Positions 47,145 to 49,703 of a stretch of 49,703 bases of DNA are shown here, piece after piece (the first letter of the stretch is position 1; each line of letters starts with the position of its first letter). Source of the stretch: Candidatus Saccharimonadales bacterium (GTDB lineage Bacteria; Patescibacteriota; Saccharimonadia; Saccharimonadales; Saccharimonadaceae); NCBI GenBank assembly GCA_049291395.1, contig JBATPJ010000050.1, positions 1 through 49,703 of the forward strand, read 5' to 3'. A program made the position numbers and the translations under genes. The notes below the pieces were generated by a model. The model made no database searches. It was not told where the DNA came from and saw only the letters and a list, made by a program, of their open reading frames with translations.

Positions 47145-47741
47145 TCAATTCGTCATAGCAGTATAGACCACATCACGACTGTATGTATCAACCGCCTTCG
47201 TCGTATCAGCACAGGCTCCATACCAAATATCAGTTACTTCGGCACTCGCGGCCGCTGAGGTCGTGAGGAGTGTCGTCGGTGATGCATTAACAGGTATCGT
47301 GGCAAATGATAGCCCAGGGATGCTAGTATTCGTCGCTGCACTGGTCGGACCAGCACCAAAACCACCCTTGCCATCGACGCGATAGCCCCATGTATTGACC
47401 GCAAGTGACGCTGGACTCGCAAATGACCCACCGTTGCCCGGGATCGTACCAGCAAAGTTCACACCGAGGAGATTTGTCGATGATGAAGTCGAGGCAAGTT
47501 GCAGCGTATAGCCTGTCGTCGCACCGGTCGTCACCTGCACGACGTCGTTATTGATCGTGCATGTCGCTGAGCCGGTCGGCGTAATCGCAAGGTTCACCGT
47601 GCCAGATGATGTGATCGTGATGCCACACGAGCCATACTGACATTTGCCATACTGCCCTGCACCGTAGTTCAGCGCCGATACTGGACCAAACCAACTCATC
47701 GCTATAATACCTGCGACAAATACCGCTATGAGTCGTTTCAT
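47145..47741 (-). CDS. secreted Gly/Thr/Ser-rich beta protein (WxL-like?)
   Basis: Signal peptide MKRLIAVFVAGIIAMSWFGPVSA. The mature N-terminus is NYGAGQYGKCQYGSCG. Trp-containing segments NTWGYRV and DIWYGAC are present. ATGA overlap with the upstream gene. Confidence 0.6.
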   Translation of the reverse strand: MKRLIAVFVAGIIAMSWFGPVSALNYGAGQYGKCQYGSCGITITSSGTVNLAITPTGSATCTINNDVVQVTTGATTGYTLQLASTSSSTNLLGVNFAGTIPGNGGSFASPASLAVNTWGYRVDGKGGFGAGPTSAATNTSIPGLSFATIPVNASPTTLLTTSAAASAEVTDIWYGACADTTKAVDTYSRDVVYTAMTN

Positions 47742-48712
47742 GATGATCTCATCTTAGCATGAGCGGCTTGTGACCGTCGACGCAGCCGCCACCACAGGGA
47801 TATCGCGATACCAAAGAGCGCCCCACCCAGCAGCAATGGGTGGATGATCAGTATCCACATATCGGGAAGCGTCCGAGTCGCACCATAAAATCTAGCCTCA
47901 CGATTGACGCGGTATACACCAAACACCGTATCGGCACGCCACGTGAGATCGATACGACGCTCGGTTCGCGGTAGTACGTAGCGCTGCAGTGCCTGACTAT
48001 CCACAGATCGTCCAAAGATGTCATGAACTTCCATAGAGATATCGGCGAGATAGTGCACGCCTCCATCGTTGCGAAGGGTACTCTCCATATCGATTTGGCC
48101 ACCGAATGAGAACCAGGGACTTGACCGAGCCGTGTAGTCCCCTGATCGCGTAACGTCACCTGGGACCGTGATATAGATGATATGTACCAGCTGATGATGT
48201 ATCGTCACTCCACCCGCTGCGATACGAGGCACAGCATCAGCGGTAATCGCCGCATAGTACCCCCCGGGCTTCGCAGCACTCGGTATAGACACAGAGTACA
48301 TCACTTCAACCATCGCCCCAGCACGTAGCTCGCTCGACACTTCAGCACCAATCGTGACCCAGCGTGAGGGGTCATCCTGAGCTGAAATCGGCTGGAGATC
48401 CGGGGTGTACTGATCCCCCGAGACACTGTACGGACTCACTTTGAGACTAAGCGTGACTGGCTGAGAGCCTTGGTTCACGAGCGTGATGCGTTGCTGGACG
48501 GTGCCGCCCGCCACGACGTCGACATCAGCAGTACTCGGAGACAGCGTGAGTTTCTGCACAGGAGCTGCCACTACTACCGCAGTTGATAGCAACCCTATAA
48601 ACAACGCATAAAGGGCGCTAACCGCCGTACGTACGATTGCCGTATGACTTGGCCGAGTCTTTAAGGCCTGTCTGCCCGGCACCTGAAATAAATTGCGAGA
48701 TAAGTCCACCAC
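47738..48712 (-). CDS. membrane-anchored double beta-sandwich surface protein (DUF916/DUF3324-like architecture)
   Basis: GTG start (48712, or 48682). N-terminal signal/anchor ALYALFIGLLSTAVVVAAP and two beta-rich halves (VVAGGTVQQRITLVNQGSQPVTLSLKV ...). C-terminal TM LLLGGALFGIAISLWW plus RLRRR. Confidence 0.55.
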   Translation of the reverse strand: MVDLSRNLFQVPGRQALKTRPSHTAIVRTAVSALYALFIGLLSTAVVVAAPVQKLTLSPSTADVDVVAGGTVQQRITLVNQGSQPVTLSLKVSPYSVSGDQYTPDLQPISAQDDPSRWVTIGAEVSSELRAGAMVEVMYSVSIPSAAKPGGYYAAITADAVPRIAAGGVTIHHQLVHIIYITVPGDVTRSGDYTARSSPWFSFGGQIDMESTLRNDGGVHYLADISMEVHDIFGRSVDSQALQRYVLPRTERRIDLTWRADTVFGVYRVNREARFYGATRTLPDMWILIIHPLLLGGALFGIAISLWWRLRRRSQAAHAKMRSS

Positions 48713-48803
48713 TCAATAATAGCAAAATACCAACACCGATGTGCTGTAAGAATTCTCCTCGCGACATCTCGCGATCTAGAATAGCTGGTGGACGAATTGT
48801 CAT
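48618..48803 (-). CDS. small ORF with Tat-signal-like N-terminus
   Basis: 61 aa (49 aa from the second Met). MSRGEFLQHIGVGILLLLSGG resembles an S-R-R-x-F-L-K signal with one Arg replaced. It ends in YGNRTYGG. It overlaps the 5' end of the next gene out of frame, so coding status is uncertain. Confidence 0.3.
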   Translation of the reverse strand: MTIRPPAILDREMSRGEFLQHIGVGILLLLSGGLISQFISGAGQTGLKDSAKSYGNRTYGG

Positions 48804-48872
48804 GTTGATATGTTTGTTTTTATATAGTATGCAGTTACTAATATACTGTAGCCGCTACAAAAAGCAAGAGCA

Positions 48873-49703
48873 TTATCCGTTAAACGGACTGACTGGCTGA
48901 TAAAACCCATCGATGGAGCGACGACGGAGCGACGGCGCGAGTCCACGATACGCTACCGCAGGATGCTGCCTCGGTGGCACATGCACCCGCTTCCTTATCG
49001 TGATGAGCCCATCCATACTTCGTACCTGACCAGGCTGCTTGCGCTCGATGCTCGGCGTAGTGCGCATATCTTGTAGGCTACCGTTCAGTTGGCGTGATTG
49101 CTGCTCGATAAATGTAGTCAGGACAGCTGGCATTTCCGCCGGTTGAGATAATTGCGATACTGCAGGTACGACGATAGCTTGGTGCTGCGGTCGTCGGGAA
49201 CGGCTCCTAGCCCATATGAGTACGATACCGAGCTGATACATGACTACCATCGGCGACGCGAGTAGTGTCTGGTTCCACGCATCGGGAGTCGGAGATATAA
49301 CAGCCGCGACGACGAATGATCCGACAACGACATGGCTCTGATACTGCATGAGTCTCCGCGGTGTCAGAGGAGTGATGGTATCGATGATGAGCATCACAAG
49401 CGGCAGCTGGAACAAGATCGCACCAGCTAGCAGATACGTCATGACAAATGAGAGATACGAGTCGATGGTCAGCATCGCGCTGATATTTTGCAGATTAAAG
49501 CTTGTTAAGAAATATAATGCCGCTGGTAGACTGACGACATACGCGAAGACGACCCCTACCATAGCAAGCACTATCGATGATATCGTGTAGATGATCGCAC
49601 CTTGACGACGCGCCTTCGGTATCGCGGGCAAGATAAACCGGTAGAACTGATGGACGATGACCGGTAACGCACCGATAATACCGATATACATGCAGACCTG
49701 GAT
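48873..49703 (-). CDS. tatC: Sec-independent translocase TatC (5' end outside the window) with long basic C-terminal extension
   Basis: The frame is open to the window edge. GALPVIVHQFYRFILPAIPKARRQ and the following TM helices match the central and C-terminal TatC pattern. About 110 extra Arg/Pro/Gln-rich residues follow the last TM. Confidence 0.8.
   Translation of the reverse strand: MQVCMYIGIIGALPVIVHQFYRFILPAIPKARRQGAIIYTISSIVLAMVGVVFAYVVSLPAALYFLTSFNLQNISAMLTIDSYLSFVMTYLLAGAILFQLPLVMLIIDTITPLTPRRLMQYQSHVVVGSFVVAAVISPTPDAWNQTLLASPMVVMYQLGIVLIWARSRSRRPQHQAIVVPAVSQLSQPAEMPAVLTTFIEQQSRQLNGSLQDMRTTPSIERKQPGQVRSMDGLITIRKRVHVPPRQHPAVAYRGLAPSLRRRSIDGFYQPVSPFNG

Noticed and set aside
43693-48803. 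Intact prophage or diversity-generating retroelement
   Set aside because: There is no integrase, terminase, portal, capsid, tape-measure or reverse transcriptase gene. I could see no template/variable repeat pair with adenine-specific differences. Only a tail-fibre-like module is present.

Overview
This 49.7-kb window is densely packed with often overlapping genes, mostly on the minus strand. I found no rRNA, CRISPR array, transposase or integrase. The gene content points to a small-genome monoderm bacterium: a Gram-positive-style type IV pilus locus with no secretin, a sortase with an adjacent substrate, ComEC, RNase Y, an HrcA/CIRCE heat-shock regulon, a very short TsaB and many 1-4 nt gene overlaps. 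I would guess a CPR/Patescibacteria (Saccharibacteria-like) genome, but that placement is inference, not something I can verify. Core content: rny, tRNA-Pro, tsaB/tsaE, pilB-pilC, four minor-pilin-like genes, a major pilin, pilMNO, recA-recX, ruvC/ruvA/ruvB, yebC, comEC, tRNA-Lys, dnaJ, an FKBP, an ABC-2 exporter, hrcA-grpE-dnaK, a guanylate-kinase-like gene and a tatC fragment. The regions most worth a second look are: (1) a translationally coupled four-gene module of signal-less jelly-roll/tail-fibre-like proteins (43693-47058), next to a secreted protein and a membrane-anchored beta-sandwich protein. (2) A four-gene operon pairing two ATP-grasp ligases with two peptidases (29643-33622). (3) A tRNA-Lys gene whose flanks carry direct and inverted partial copies of the tRNA itself, followed by a highly structured unassigned element. 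(4) Two perfect heptanucleotide tandem arrays inside recX. (5) A visibly AT-rich DUF4145-like gene inserted beside dnaK. All family assignments come from motifs read by eye. No searches were run.
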